Source: an uncultured Gammaproteobacteria bacterium (GTDB lineage Bacteria; Patescibacteriota; Microgenomatia; Levybacterales; UBA12049). Taken from it: a DNA stretch of 64,000 nucleotides. How positions within the stretch are numbered: position 1 is the stretch's first letter; every line of letters starts with the position of its first letter. Position numbers and translations under genes: made by a program. The stretch covers positions 16,892-80,891 of the forward strand of contig CAZKJM010000001.1 of NCBI GenBank assembly GCA_964553245.1. The letters are read 5' to 3'. Below the pieces are notes generated by a model. It was not told the DNA's origin. It worked only from the letters and a program-made list of their open reading frames with translations, and did not search any database. Of the stretch, positions 28,118 through 38,215 are shown piece after piece.

Positions 28118-28993
28118 ATGGCAAGAAAACCTTTAAAAAAGATACTAATATTGGGGTCTTCTGGAATGCTTGGATCAATGGTTTATGATTATTTTAAGAA
28201 AGACCATAAGTTATTCGTTGAAGCTACAACCAGAAATAAAAAAGACAAAACTAAAAGATATTTTGAAGTTAATAATTTTTTAGAAATAAAACATAAATAT
28301 TCATATTTAAAAACATATGACTATATTATTAATTGCATTGGTGCAATTAAATTTACAGAAAATCAAAAAAATATATACAATGCAATTAAAGTAAATTCAT
28401 TATTCCCTCATGAACTATCTTCATTCCTAAATAAATCTAAGACTAAAATAATTCAAATAGCAACAGATTGTGTTTTTTCTGGGAAAAACGGTGCGTATAA
28501 TGAATCTTTCGAACACGATGACTCAAGCGTTTATGGCAAAACAAAAAGCTTAGGAGAAGTAAATAACGATAATTTTTTGAATATAAGGTGTTCTATTATT
28601 GGTCCGGAAAAATTAAGAAGCAAAAATCTAATGCAATGGGTATTAAGTCAAAAAAACGATTCCGTAATACAGGGATTCTCAGATTACAAATGGAACGGAG
28701 TTACAACTCTCCAATTTGCAAAACTTTGTTCAAGTATTATCAACAGAAATATGTTTAATAAAATTAGAAAAATAAATCATACACACCACTATGTACCAAA
28801 TAACTCAACTTCTAAATATGAATTAGTAAAAATGATAAGTGAGATTTTTGAAAAAAAAATAAAAGTTATAAAAGTAAAAAAATTTAATAAGCCGATTAAC
28901 AGAACTCTTTCATCTAGATATAAAATTTTACAATTAATAACAGGAAAAAGTACAATAAAAGGAGAGGTTTTAAAACTAAAATATGAAAAATAA
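28118..28993 (+). CDS. NAD(P)-dependent sugar reductase, RmlD/CapF-N-domain-like short-chain dehydrogenase
   Basis: KILILGSSGMLGS Rossmann motif. 291 aa. Upstream of the 2-epimerase gene. Confidence 0.7.
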   Translation: MARKPLKKILILGSSGMLGSMVYDYFKKDHKLFVEATTRNKKDKTKRYFEVNNFLEIKHKYSYLKTYDYIINCIGAIKFTENQKNIYNAIKVNSLFPHELSSFLNKSKTKIIQIATDCVFSGKNGAYNESFEHDDSSVYGKTKSLGEVNNDNFLNIRCSIIGPEKLRSKNLMQWVLSQKNDSVIQGFSDYKWNGVTTLQFAKLCSSIINRNMFNKIRKINHTHHYVPNNSTSKYELVKMISEIFEKKIKVIKVKKFNKPINRTLSSRYKILQLITGKSTIKGEVLKLKYEK

Positions 28994-30182
28994 ATCACGA
29001 AAAAAAATAGCATTTGTTCTTGGAATAAGACCTGACTTGATTAGATCTGTTCTAATATTAAATCATCTTAAAAAAGCAAAAGATATTGACGTAAAACTAA
29101 TTTGGTCAGGACAAAATTATTCATACAATTTAAAAGATATTTTCTTCAAAGAATTTAATATACAAAAACCAGACATTGAACTGAATTGTAAAGGGAAAAC
29201 TGACGCTGAAATTGTTTCGAAGTTAATCGCAAATATATATCCAGTTCTGGAAAAAATGAAGCCAGAAGCGATAATTTTTTTAGGAGACACAAATACTACT
29301 GCAGGATGCATTGCTGCAGCGCAACTTAATATTCCTATTATACACATTGAAGGATGTTGGCATTCATACGACTGGAGAATGCCTGAGGAAAAATATAGAA
29401 CCATGGCAGATCATTTAGCTGATGTTATCTATACTTATGACGAAGAATATAAAAAACTTGGAATAACAGAAGGATTAAATCCAAAAAACATTATTGTCGT
29501 AAAAAATCCAATTGTAGACATACTAAATGAGTTCTATTTAAAAAGAAAAAAACTATTTCTTAAAAAAAGCACTAATATTTTTTTTAAGAAAAGAGGGATT
29601 AAAAAAAATGAATATTATCTAATGACTTGTCATAGAAGAGAAAATGTGCAATTAAAAAAATCATTCGATGCAATATTAGATTTGGTATCAAAAGCAAATT
29701 ATAAGGTTTATTTCCCTGCAAGTTACAGAACCCAAGAAATCATAAAAAATAGAAAAATAAACCTTCCAAAAAATTTAATTATGGTAAATCCTGTTGGATA
29801 TGAAGAGTTAATAATTTTATTGACTAATTCAAAAGCTGTTATAACTGATTCGGGAACATTAAATGAAGAAGCATGCGTTTTAAATATCCCTTGTATAAAT
29901 TTAAGAAAATCTACAGAAAGACCACAGGTATATGATGTAAAAAGTTCTGTAAAGTTTGATCCTGATCAATCCGAAAAATATCCATTAGACGTTATTTACA
30001 AAAAATTAAATAAAATTACAAATACAAAGTGGTCTCAAACATTAGGAGACGGAAAGGCTTCAGAAAGAATTGCTGAAGATATAATAAAAAAAGTAAGAAA
30101 TAATAATTTAAACGGTCATTTACCTAAAAATAATCATTTACCGATTAAAAGATCATTTATGGAAGATGGAATTAAAATATAA
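28983..30182 (+). CDS. UDP-N-acetylglucosamine 2-epimerase family protein (WecB/CapG/WbjD-like)
   Basis: KIAFVLGIRPDLIR...IIFLGDTNTTAGCIAAAQLNIPIIHIEG is a UDP-GlcNAc 2-epimerase fold signature. Confidence 0.8.
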   Translation: MKNKSRKKIAFVLGIRPDLIRSVLILNHLKKAKDIDVKLIWSGQNYSYNLKDIFFKEFNIQKPDIELNCKGKTDAEIVSKLIANIYPVLEKMKPEAIIFLGDTNTTAGCIAAAQLNIPIIHIEGCWHSYDWRMPEEKYRTMADHLADVIYTYDEEYKKLGITEGLNPKNIIVVKNPIVDILNEFYLKRKKLFLKKSTNIFFKKRGIKKNEYYLMTCHRRENVQLKKSFDAILDLVSKANYKVYFPASYRTQEIIKNRKINLPKNLIMVNPVGYEELIILLTNSKAVITDSGTLNEEACVLNIPCINLRKSTERPQVYDVKSSVKFDPDQSEKYPLDVIYKKLNKITNTKWSQTLGDGKASERIAEDIIKKVRNNNLNGHLPKNNHLPIKRSFMEDGIKI

Positions 30183-30894
30183 AAATTCATTAGCAGTAAT
30201 CATTCCGATGTACAATGAAGAAGCAACTGCATCAAAATGCATAGATAAAGTTGTAGAGGAAATTAAAAAATTAAAACTAAAATCTACATTGATGATTATT
30301 AATGACGGAAGCAAAGATTCAACTTTAAAAATCCTCACAGAAAAAAAGAAGATTTATAAAAATAAATTAATTATCATTAATAAAAAAAATGGCGGTTATG
30401 GATCCGCCTTAAGATTGGGCATTAAAAAAGCGATAGAATTGAAATTTGAATATTATCTTACGATGGATTCTGATCTAACGAATCCGCCAAAATATATCCC
30501 AAAACTAATAAGTGCTTTAAAAAATGGAGCGGATTGTGTTAAGGCATCAAGATATATTAAAGGAGGAAAAATGGTTAATGTGCCCTACTACAGACAGATA
30601 ATTTCTATTATTGGTAATTACTTTGCAAAATTAGCATTTAATGTAGGAATAAATGATTGCACAAATGGATTTAAAATTGTAAAGTTATCATATTTAAAAA
30701 ATATTAATTTTAAAGAAAATAATTTTTCAATTATATTGGAAGAATTATATTACCTAAAAAAAGCTGGCGCAAAATTTGCTGAGGTGCCAAATATATTGTA
30801 TTGCCGAACAAATAGTAAATCCCACTTTAATTACACTCCAAAAATATTTTATGATTACTTTAAATACGCACTACTTGCTATTTTTATAAGATAA
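30166..30894 (+). CDS. GT2 polyprenol-phosphate sugar synthase (DPM1-like, 242 aa)
   Basis: AVIIPMYNE...IINDGSKDST...MDSDLTNPP...ASRY...GFK. Confidence 0.8.
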   Translation: MELKYKNSLAVIIPMYNEEATASKCIDKVVEEIKKLKLKSTLMIINDGSKDSTLKILTEKKKIYKNKLIIINKKNGGYGSALRLGIKKAIELKFEYYLTMDSDLTNPPKYIPKLISALKNGADCVKASRYIKGGKMVNVPYYRQIISIIGNYFAKLAFNVGINDCTNGFKIVKLSYLKNINFKENNFSIILEELYYLKKAGAKFAEVPNILYCRTNSKSHFNYTPKIFYDYFKYALLAIFIR

Positions 30895-31929
30895 AAGCTT
30901 TTGTTTTAATTCAGGAATTTTTAATAATAAGTTTACAGTCTGATCAACATTAAGTCTTATTGCGTTTTCGGAAGTATATGCATCTACCTTTTCCGAATTA
31001 TTTACTTTCAATCCTTTATAGAAATATTTATTATAATCTAATCCTTGACTTTCTGGTGGAATACAATAGAAATCCTTATTTGTTGTTGATCTAAAAAGCT
31101 CTTCTTTTGTAACTAGCGTTTCGTGCATTTTTTCTCCTGCTCTTATCCCAACTTCGTAATATCCTTTTTTATAATTGAATATTTTGCACAATGCCTTAGC
31201 AAGTGTTTCCAATGTACAAGCAGGCGATTTTTTAACATATATATATCCACTTTTTCCCTGAATTAACGAATAAAGAACTAAAGAAACTGCTTCATCTAAG
31301 GGTAACAAAAATCTGGTCATTTTATAATCAGTTATCGGAAGTTTTTGATTTTTTTTAATCAAAGACAATAGATAAGGCAATACTGATCCTCTTGTAAACA
31401 ATACATTACCATATCTTACGCCACATAAAATAGTAGAACTGTTTTTATGGCTATCTTTTTTAGACTCCGCAATCATAATTTTTTCCATCATCGCTTTAGA
31501 AATGCCAATTGTATTTATTGGATAAACTGCTTTATCTGTACCTAAAACAACTACTCTTTTAACCTTATTTTCTATAGCAGAAGATAGAACATTATGTGTT
31601 CCTATAATATTTGTTTTTACAGCCTCCATTGGAAAAAATTCACAAGTCGGAACTTGTTTTAAAGCAGCTGCGTGAAACACATAGTCGACTCCTTCCATTG
31701 CATTAAGAATGTTTTCCTTTTCCCTTACGTCTCCGATAATGAATCGTAATTTTGGGTTATTAAATTTATTCCTCATATCAAACTGTTTTTTTTCGTCTCT
31801 GCTAAAAATAATTATTTTTTTAGGACTAAAATTTAATAATTTATCAACAACCGAATTCCCGAAAGAACCTGTTCCTCCAGTAATTAATATTGTCTTATTT
31901 TTTATTGATTTTTTTACCCTGCTATCCAT
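30871..31929 (-). CDS. UDP-GlcNAc 4,6-dehydratase, PseB/FlaA1/CapE/WbjB family
   Basis: ILITGGTGSFGNSVV...DVRE...FHAAALKQVPTCEFFPMEAVKTNIIGTHNVL is near-canonical for this family. 352 aa. Confidence 0.85.
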   Translation of the reverse strand: MDSRVKKSIKNKTILITGGTGSFGNSVVDKLLNFSPKKIIIFSRDEKKQFDMRNKFNNPKLRFIIGDVREKENILNAMEGVDYVFHAAALKQVPTCEFFPMEAVKTNIIGTHNVLSSAIENKVKRVVVLGTDKAVYPINTIGISKAMMEKIMIAESKKDSHKNSSTILCGVRYGNVLFTRGSVLPYLLSLIKKNQKLPITDYKMTRFLLPLDEAVSLVLYSLIQGKSGYIYVKKSPACTLETLAKALCKIFNYKKGYYEVGIRAGEKMHETLVTKEELFRSTTNKDFYCIPPESQGLDYNKYFYKGLKVNNSEKVDAYTSENAIRLNVDQTVNLLLKIPELKQKLLSYKNSK

Positions 31930-31946
31930 AAAGCTTGATAATTATA

Positions 31947-34532
31947 TTACTTTTTAATATAGATTGATAGATCGTACGGAGCAGCAATAAGACCTGAATA
32001 CATATAATTAAATGTATTTCCAAATAAGTCATAAAATTTAAAATAAGGATTAAATTCAATTTTTTTAACATAATTTTCTTTTAATAATCTTTGAATTAAA
32101 AATTTTTTTGGAGTGTTAATTTCATGTTCTAGTGCAAGTTTAGAATTGGATATAATAATAATATCGGGTAATTTTTTTACCGATTCATCTACCAAAGCAT
32201 ACTTATAATTATTAGTTAAGGTTTTACCATATTGAAAATCGTAAAATTCCAGCAATACAATATCAGGCTCAAACTGATAAATTGGTATATTTTCAATTCC
32301 TATGACTTTACCTATTGGAATGTTTTTAGTTATCCATAAAGATGCAGATCTTTGAGGAGAGTCCATATATTTTAGAGAAATCCAAAAAAATGATTCAATA
32401 AACTGAAAAACCATTATTATCAAAAATAATACAATTAACAATTTATTTAAAAATGTTTTATTAGTTTTTACACGACTAATAAATATTCCAACTATAATAA
32501 CCATAAAAGGAATTAGAACAAGCGCTCTACTACCGGTTATAAAATATCTTAAAGGTATTAAGCTAAGTAAAAATATAAATAAAGAAATTAAAATAAATAT
32601 CAGTAATTTATCTTTTTTACCCCGTACTATGTCTATTATTGTTTTTGTGAATAAGAAAAAAAATGAGATTAAAAATATTAAGTAAAAAAAGTGTCCAAAA
32701 ATTGTCGGAAAATGATAAAAAAATACATATTCAAAATATGAATATCCTAAATTTATATCTTGAGAAAAAGACGGAATGGTCACTAGATTTTGATAAAGAT
32801 ACAAGCCAATATTTTTATTACTAAATACAAAATCTGGAATTCCTAGTAAAAAAACTGCAACGATCAACAATGTCAACCCCAAAAATAAAGTTTTAAGATG
32901 ATACTTGAATTTTGAATTGAAAAATAAAAAACTAAAAATATATACAAATATAATTGGCAATACGCTAACTTTTACCGAAATGGCAACTGCACTAAAAATT
33001 CCTGCAATTATAAAATTACTGGGAGTTGGTTTAAGACAATATTTTAAAATTAGATAAATTGAAAAGGTGAACCAAAACATAAGTGCAATATCGTACTTGA
33101 AATGGTTACTTAACATTAGCCAAAGCGGGTTAAATACAAACAAAAAAATAGCAATAATTGTATTTATTTTAAGCAATTTTGAAATTTTGTTAACTATAAT
33201 TATTGTTAATAATCCGAATAACATAGTGTTCAATCTTAAAACTGTAAATATACTTGCCTGCATTGATAAATTATCTACCGCAGACTTAATAGAAAAAGGG
33301 TCAATTATTTTAAATAAAACAAAAGGAATTAAATATAAACCGGAGAGAAAAAAGTGAAACATTGTTCCATTTGCGGATCCATCCATATTTGGAGATCCGT
33401 ATTTAAAAACATTTTTTACCGATTGAAGCTGATGCCATTCGTCCATGTGATATAAAAAGGGATGCTCTGATCCTGGTATTCCCCACCCAATAACAGAAAT
33501 AAGTAACGTTGAATAGAGCAAAATTAAAAAAACTAAAAGTTTATTTTTTAAAACGATTTTTTTTATGTTAATATGTATTATGCTTTTTAATACTCCTAAT
33601 GTCGTTCCAATAATCACCGCAATATCCGAAAGTATCTGTATTACTATCGAAAAAAATAACCCCTTTTTTGTTTTAATATATTTTTTATTTTTATTTATTA
33701 TTAAAAAAATATAAAAAAGAAAAAATAAAATTAAAGTAAATATTGGAAATAGTGACTTATATAAATAAGATAAAATTAATAAGTAAAAAGCTAAAAAGTA
33801 TCTTAAATATAAATAAAATATTGTTGGTCTAAAATAATGCATTTCCCCATCACCAAAAGCAAATCTATAAAACATTTTAAAAGACTGTTTTAAATTGCTT
33901 CTCGGAATCCAGTTAACAATTGCGTTTTTGGCAAAAACAATTTTTGCATTGTATTTTTTTAATCTAATTGCAAAATCGTAATCTTCATTATGACTTAAGT
34001 TATTATTAAACCCTGATATTTTTTCCCATATTCTTTTTTTAAACGCAATTGATCTTGTAGCAGGTAAAAAATTTTCCTTATCTATTTTATTGGACATTAC
34101 TAATACATATGGAACTAGTGCTTTTTGTAATTCGTTTTTTGGTAATCCTTTATAATACCCAGAAACAACGTCAATCGATTTATCTTTAAATGGAGCCGTT
34201 ATATTCTTAACCCAATTTTTATCCAAAACACAACCTGCGTCTGTACAAAGAATTATTTCTCCTTTCGCTTTTTTAATAGCAGCATTTCTACCAATAGATC
34301 TATTTCCTTTCACTTTTATCAGTTTAATTTTTATAATATTTTTGTATTCATTGGCTTTTTTAATAATTAAATTACATGTATTGTCTGTACTTAATCCGTC
34401 AGCAATAATGAATTCATCCGGTATAATAGTTTGGGAAACAACAGATTTAATTAATTTTTCTATTGTTTCTTCTTCGTTAAAAACCGTAATAATTAAGGAT
34501 TTCGTTATCCGTTTGTTTTTTTTCATTTCCAA
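31947..34532 (-). CDS. Fusion protein: N-terminal GT2 domain plus ~600-aa polytopic GT-C-like membrane domain
   Basis: 861 aa. N-terminal LIITVFNEEETIEKLIKSV...IIADGLSTDNT...CTDAGC (GT2). Membrane part carries the loop HPFLYHMDEWHQL (DE motif). Confidence 0.7.
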   Translation of the reverse strand: MEMKKNKRITKSLIITVFNEEETIEKLIKSVVSQTIIPDEFIIADGLSTDNTCNLIIKKANEYKNIIKIKLIKVKGNRSIGRNAAIKKAKGEIILCTDAGCVLDKNWVKNITAPFKDKSIDVVSGYYKGLPKNELQKALVPYVLVMSNKIDKENFLPATRSIAFKKRIWEKISGFNNNLSHNEDYDFAIRLKKYNAKIVFAKNAIVNWIPRSNLKQSFKMFYRFAFGDGEMHYFRPTIFYLYLRYFLAFYLLILSYLYKSLFPIFTLILFFLFYIFLIINKNKKYIKTKKGLFFSIVIQILSDIAVIIGTTLGVLKSIIHINIKKIVLKNKLLVFLILLYSTLLISVIGWGIPGSEHPFLYHMDEWHQLQSVKNVFKYGSPNMDGSANGTMFHFFLSGLYLIPFVLFKIIDPFSIKSAVDNLSMQASIFTVLRLNTMLFGLLTIIIVNKISKLLKINTIIAIFLFVFNPLWLMLSNHFKYDIALMFWFTFSIYLILKYCLKPTPSNFIIAGIFSAVAISVKVSVLPIIFVYIFSFLFFNSKFKYHLKTLFLGLTLLIVAVFLLGIPDFVFSNKNIGLYLYQNLVTIPSFSQDINLGYSYFEYVFFYHFPTIFGHFFYLIFLISFFFLFTKTIIDIVRGKKDKLLIFILISLFIFLLSLIPLRYFITGSRALVLIPFMVIIVGIFISRVKTNKTFLNKLLIVLFLIIMVFQFIESFFWISLKYMDSPQRSASLWITKNIPIGKVIGIENIPIYQFEPDIVLLEFYDFQYGKTLTNNYKYALVDESVKKLPDIIIISNSKLALEHEINTPKKFLIQRLLKENYVKKIEFNPYFKFYDLFGNTFNYMYSGLIAAPYDLSIYIKK

Positions 34533-34572
34533 AATTATACCACTAAATAAGCATATAATAAATTTAATTGGC

Positions 34573-34602
34573 TTGAAAAATTAAAGAAAAAATAACTATA
34601 AT
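34573..34602 (+). promoter_or_regulatory. Promoter TTGAAA-N18-TATAAT, 6 nt upstream of ATG 34609 (leaderless transcript predicted)
   Basis: TTGAAA at 34573-34578. TATAAT at 34597-34602. Confidence 0.4.
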
Positions 34603-34608
34603 ACAACA

Positions 34609-36456
34609 ATGCTGGAACTATTTGCATCCTTAATTAACAACGTTATTAACAACTTAAGGTTTTTAACTCAGGATTTTATTGGTATTCAAATAAATTACAC
34701 ATATATCGTTAACGTATTTTTTTCGTTTTTACTTTCTTTATTTCTTTTGCCTTTTATTTTTTTAACAGGTATTAAGATAAGAAAATTGTTTTTTAAAAGC
34801 GTGTCTGAATCAACATACAAGTATTTAATTGATTTTTCATTGGGATATATCTTTATTTCATCTTTAATAGGAATACTTGGATTCGTATCATTACTTTATA
34901 GGAATTATTTACTTTTAATATTTATGTTTATATTTATAATTTCATTATTTCATTTTAGAACATCATTTATTTATTTAAATAAACTGATTTTTTACTTTAA
35001 ATCCAGCTTGAAAGACGTATATAAAAATAAGTTTGTTTTTACATTCTTGTTCTTGTTTATTTTATTAGCAATAGTAAATTTAATAAATTTAGAAACAAGG
35101 GAAGATCAATATCATATAGATTTTGCGAAAATGTATCTTCAAAATAACACGATAATGATCGAACCAAAGGAACAGCTCGAGGTTTCCGGAGCACCGATGC
35201 TTTCTGAAATGTATTACGTAATTGGATTAACGTTCAACTTAATGGAATTTGCCAGATTTAATCACTTTTACTTTTATATTTTAATTTTAATAATATTAAT
35301 TGAATTTTCTAAAAATAAAAAAAATAAATTTGCAATCTACGCACCAATAATATTTGCAAGCGCGCCGGTAATAATAAAAGAAACCTCATCTTCATATGTT
35401 GATTTTCAATGGATTTTTTGTTTTATTCTTGCTGCGTTTATCATAAATCAAAAATTTAAACACAATTTAATAATAGCTGGAATTATTACAGGAGGAATGC
35501 TTGCAGGAAAAATGTGGACCATTCCTTTTTTAAGCGTTTATATTTTTTATATAGTCCTATTAAATCGGAAAAATAAATTTTTAGATACAATCAAAAAAAT
35601 ATTTATATTTACATTTTTTGCGTTTTTAATTTCTTCTTTATGGTATTTAAGATCATACTTATTAACAGGAACTCCGATTTTCCCCGTTATGATTAATCAA
35701 AGCAATAATGTAGTCTCATTTGCATCTAAATTTGATAGATACATTGGGGTAAATTTTCCTTTTATAAATATTTTTTCTTATTTCAATGTCTATAGTCCGC
35801 TTTTTTATTATGGGTTAATTTTGTTTTTTTATAAATTCAAAAAGAACTTTTCTGTATTAATCAAAAATGATATTTTCCTTTTTCTTTTTTTAACTTTTTT
35901 ATTATTTATTTTTATTCACTATCCTTTTGGAAGATACACAATGGGAATTTACGTTTTATTTTCAATTTTTTCATCTATAGGGATAAATAATTTCCATCTT
36001 AAATTTAGGAATGGAAAATATATAACCGGGATAATTTTATTACTTATATTTTCTTATTATTTCTTAAATTCATTAATGCAATTGCCATATGCAATCGGCT
36101 TTGCTAACGAAAATAAATATTTAACAAGAGTTTTATCCAGAGATGGATCAAGCTATTATAATTTTGATAATAAATTTGAAAAACATTTTAATAAGAATGA
36201 TTGCATTGCAACCTATAAAATATTCGGATTTTATTATGCAAATTTTTGTTATTCAGATATAAATTTTATTTTAAATAAAGAAGAAAAGTCTTTAAATACG
36301 CTGAAAAAGAAAGGTTTTACAAAATTATTAACTAAAATGGAAAACGCAGAAGGTTTTTGTAAAACTGAAAGAATTAAAAACTGTAATAATAAAAGTTTTA
36401 AATTAATAGATAGTTATATGGGAGTAAATAATTATTATCTATACGAATTAAAATAA
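34609..36456 (+). CDS. Large polytopic membrane protein (615 aa), GT-C-like candidate
   Basis: More than 12 TM. Early loop LINLETREDQYHIDFAKMYL carries an acidic pair. Tandem with a similar gene. Confidence 0.5.
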   Translation: MLELFASLINNVINNLRFLTQDFIGIQINYTYIVNVFFSFLLSLFLLPFIFLTGIKIRKLFFKSVSESTYKYLIDFSLGYIFISSLIGILGFVSLLYRNYLLLIFMFIFIISLFHFRTSFIYLNKLIFYFKSSLKDVYKNKFVFTFLFLFILLAIVNLINLETREDQYHIDFAKMYLQNNTIMIEPKEQLEVSGAPMLSEMYYVIGLTFNLMEFARFNHFYFYILILIILIEFSKNKKNKFAIYAPIIFASAPVIIKETSSSYVDFQWIFCFILAAFIINQKFKHNLIIAGIITGGMLAGKMWTIPFLSVYIFYIVLLNRKNKFLDTIKKIFIFTFFAFLISSLWYLRSYLLTGTPIFPVMINQSNNVVSFASKFDRYIGVNFPFINIFSYFNVYSPLFYYGLILFFYKFKKNFSVLIKNDIFLFLFLTFLLFIFIHYPFGRYTMGIYVLFSIFSSIGINNFHLKFRNGKYITGIILLLIFSYYFLNSLMQLPYAIGFANENKYLTRVLSRDGSSYYNFDNKFEKHFNKNDCIATYKIFGFYYANFCYSDINFILNKEEKSLNTLKKKGFTKLLTKMENAEGFCKTERIKNCNNKSFKLIDSYMGVNNYYLYELK

Positions 36457-36457
36457 T

Positions 36458-38215
36458 ATGCCAAGTAATTATCATATGGTTGTTGTTAATCTTATTGCAT
36501 CTGCAATTCTTGGAATCGGTATATTGTTTTACAAATTTATTTATCCAAAGAAAAAAATAAATTTGTTTATTCTTTTATTATTAATATCAATATTACCTAT
36601 AATTAGTATTTTTAGACCGGGTACTTATGAAAGCGGAGACTTCAATATACATATTTATAGAATAATTACATTTTACAATTCACTAAAAGAAGGTATATTT
36701 ATGCCTTCATGGGCAGCCGATTTAAATGCAACATATGGAAATCCGTTGTTTATATTTAATTATAATTTACCCTATTATATTATTTCCCTATTTCATTTTT
36801 TCGGATTTAGTTTTATAACAAGTACTAAATTATACTTAGCATTTGTAATGTACTTTTCCGGAATAGCGATGTATCTATGGTTTAATAAACTTACAGGAAA
36901 TAAATTAGCTTCATTTACAGCAAGCATATTTTATTTATTTAGCCCATATCATTTAATTGACGTACATTTTAGGGCAACGCTAGGTGAATCTACAATTTTT
37001 TTTCTTCTCCCAATGTTTTTTTATACAATTATTAATTATTATGATCATAAAAAAGTTAATTATCTAATTTACATATGTTTAACAAGCGCATTGTTATTCT
37101 TAGCTCATCCATTGCTTGCTATACCTTCAATCGGTATTGGTTTTTTATATTCCCTTTTTATATTTATAACAAACAGGAAAACGGTCTTGCTAATTAATGT
37201 TTTCCTCTCTCTCGTTCTTGGCGTATTAGGAGCTTCATATCTTTGGATTCCATTTTTATTATTTTCGGGTTTCACTTTTTCAAATGGAACTCCTAATTTA
37301 TATTTTTATCCATTCAGCTATTTATTTTATTCTCCTTGGAGGCTAGGATTTCTTTTTCAGGGACCAAAAGGAGAGTTGCAGCTTATTATTGGATATACTC
37401 AAATATTTGTTGTTATTATTAGTTTAATTATTTTATGTAAGAATTTAATTTATTCAAAAATTAGACATGATTATATTTTTTGGATAAGTATTTTTTTGCT
37501 TTTAGTATTTTTTTTAAGTCCTATTTCAATTTTTATTTGGATCTTTTTTCCGTTATTATGGATGCTCTTACCCTATGGAAGACTCCTATTGCTTATATCC
37601 TTTTCTACATCAATGATTGCTGGTTATTTTACAATATTTTGTCAAAAATTTAAGAGAGGACAAGGTTTAATATTAATATTAATTTTAATCACAATTCTCT
37701 ATTCTATATTAAATTGGGGACACAGAAGGGTTATAGAAGACATAAACGATGATTATTTGATTAAAAATGTACCATACAGCACTCTAAACGAAGGTTTAAC
37801 AGCGTATTTTTTAAACAACAAGTGGGCTGATGTTAATAATTTTTGGTTTGATAAGATACCCAAAAATCATCTTGAAATAATTAATGGAGTTGGTTATGTA
37901 AAGCAAATTAAAAGAAATTCAATCAGTCACAGATATGAAGTCAATGCTAAAACATCACTAAAAGTAAAAGAAAATACATTATTCTTTCCAGGTTGGCAAT
38001 TAAGAATAGGTAATAAAATAATCCCCATTTATCCGGGAGAAAGAGGGATAATTAATGCTGATTTGCCAATGGGAAAATATGAAATTGAATTAAAATATGA
38101 AGATATTTTTATCTATAAGTTATCTAAATTTATTGCTATATTTTTTTTCTCTGTATTAATATTCATGATCTTAATTTATAGCATTTCAAGTCGAAGATTT
38201 AACTCCAAACCATAA
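36458..38215 (+). CDS. Large polytopic membrane protein (585 aa), YfhO-like GT-C candidate
   Basis: YESGDFNIHIYRIITFYNSLKEGIFMPSWAADLNATYGNPLFIFNYNLPYY matches the YfhO-family N-terminal loop pattern D.FH..R....G..P.W....G.P.F.FY.PL.YY. Confidence 0.5.
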   Translation: MPSNYHMVVVNLIASAILGIGILFYKFIYPKKKINLFILLLLISILPIISIFRPGTYESGDFNIHIYRIITFYNSLKEGIFMPSWAADLNATYGNPLFIFNYNLPYYIISLFHFFGFSFITSTKLYLAFVMYFSGIAMYLWFNKLTGNKLASFTASIFYLFSPYHLIDVHFRATLGESTIFFLLPMFFYTIINYYDHKKVNYLIYICLTSALLFLAHPLLAIPSIGIGFLYSLFIFITNRKTVLLINVFLSLVLGVLGASYLWIPFLLFSGFTFSNGTPNLYFYPFSYLFYSPWRLGFLFQGPKGELQLIIGYTQIFVVIISLIILCKNLIYSKIRHDYIFWISIFLLLVFFLSPISIFIWIFFPLLWMLLPYGRLLLLISFSTSMIAGYFTIFCQKFKRGQGLILILILITILYSILNWGHRRVIEDINDDYLIKNVPYSTLNEGLTAYFLNNKWADVNNFWFDKIPKNHLEIINGVGYVKQIKRNSISHRYEVNAKTSLKVKENTLFFPGWQLRIGNKIIPIYPGERGIINADLPMGKYEIELKYEDIFIYKLSKFIAIFFFSVLIFMILIYSISSRRFNSKP

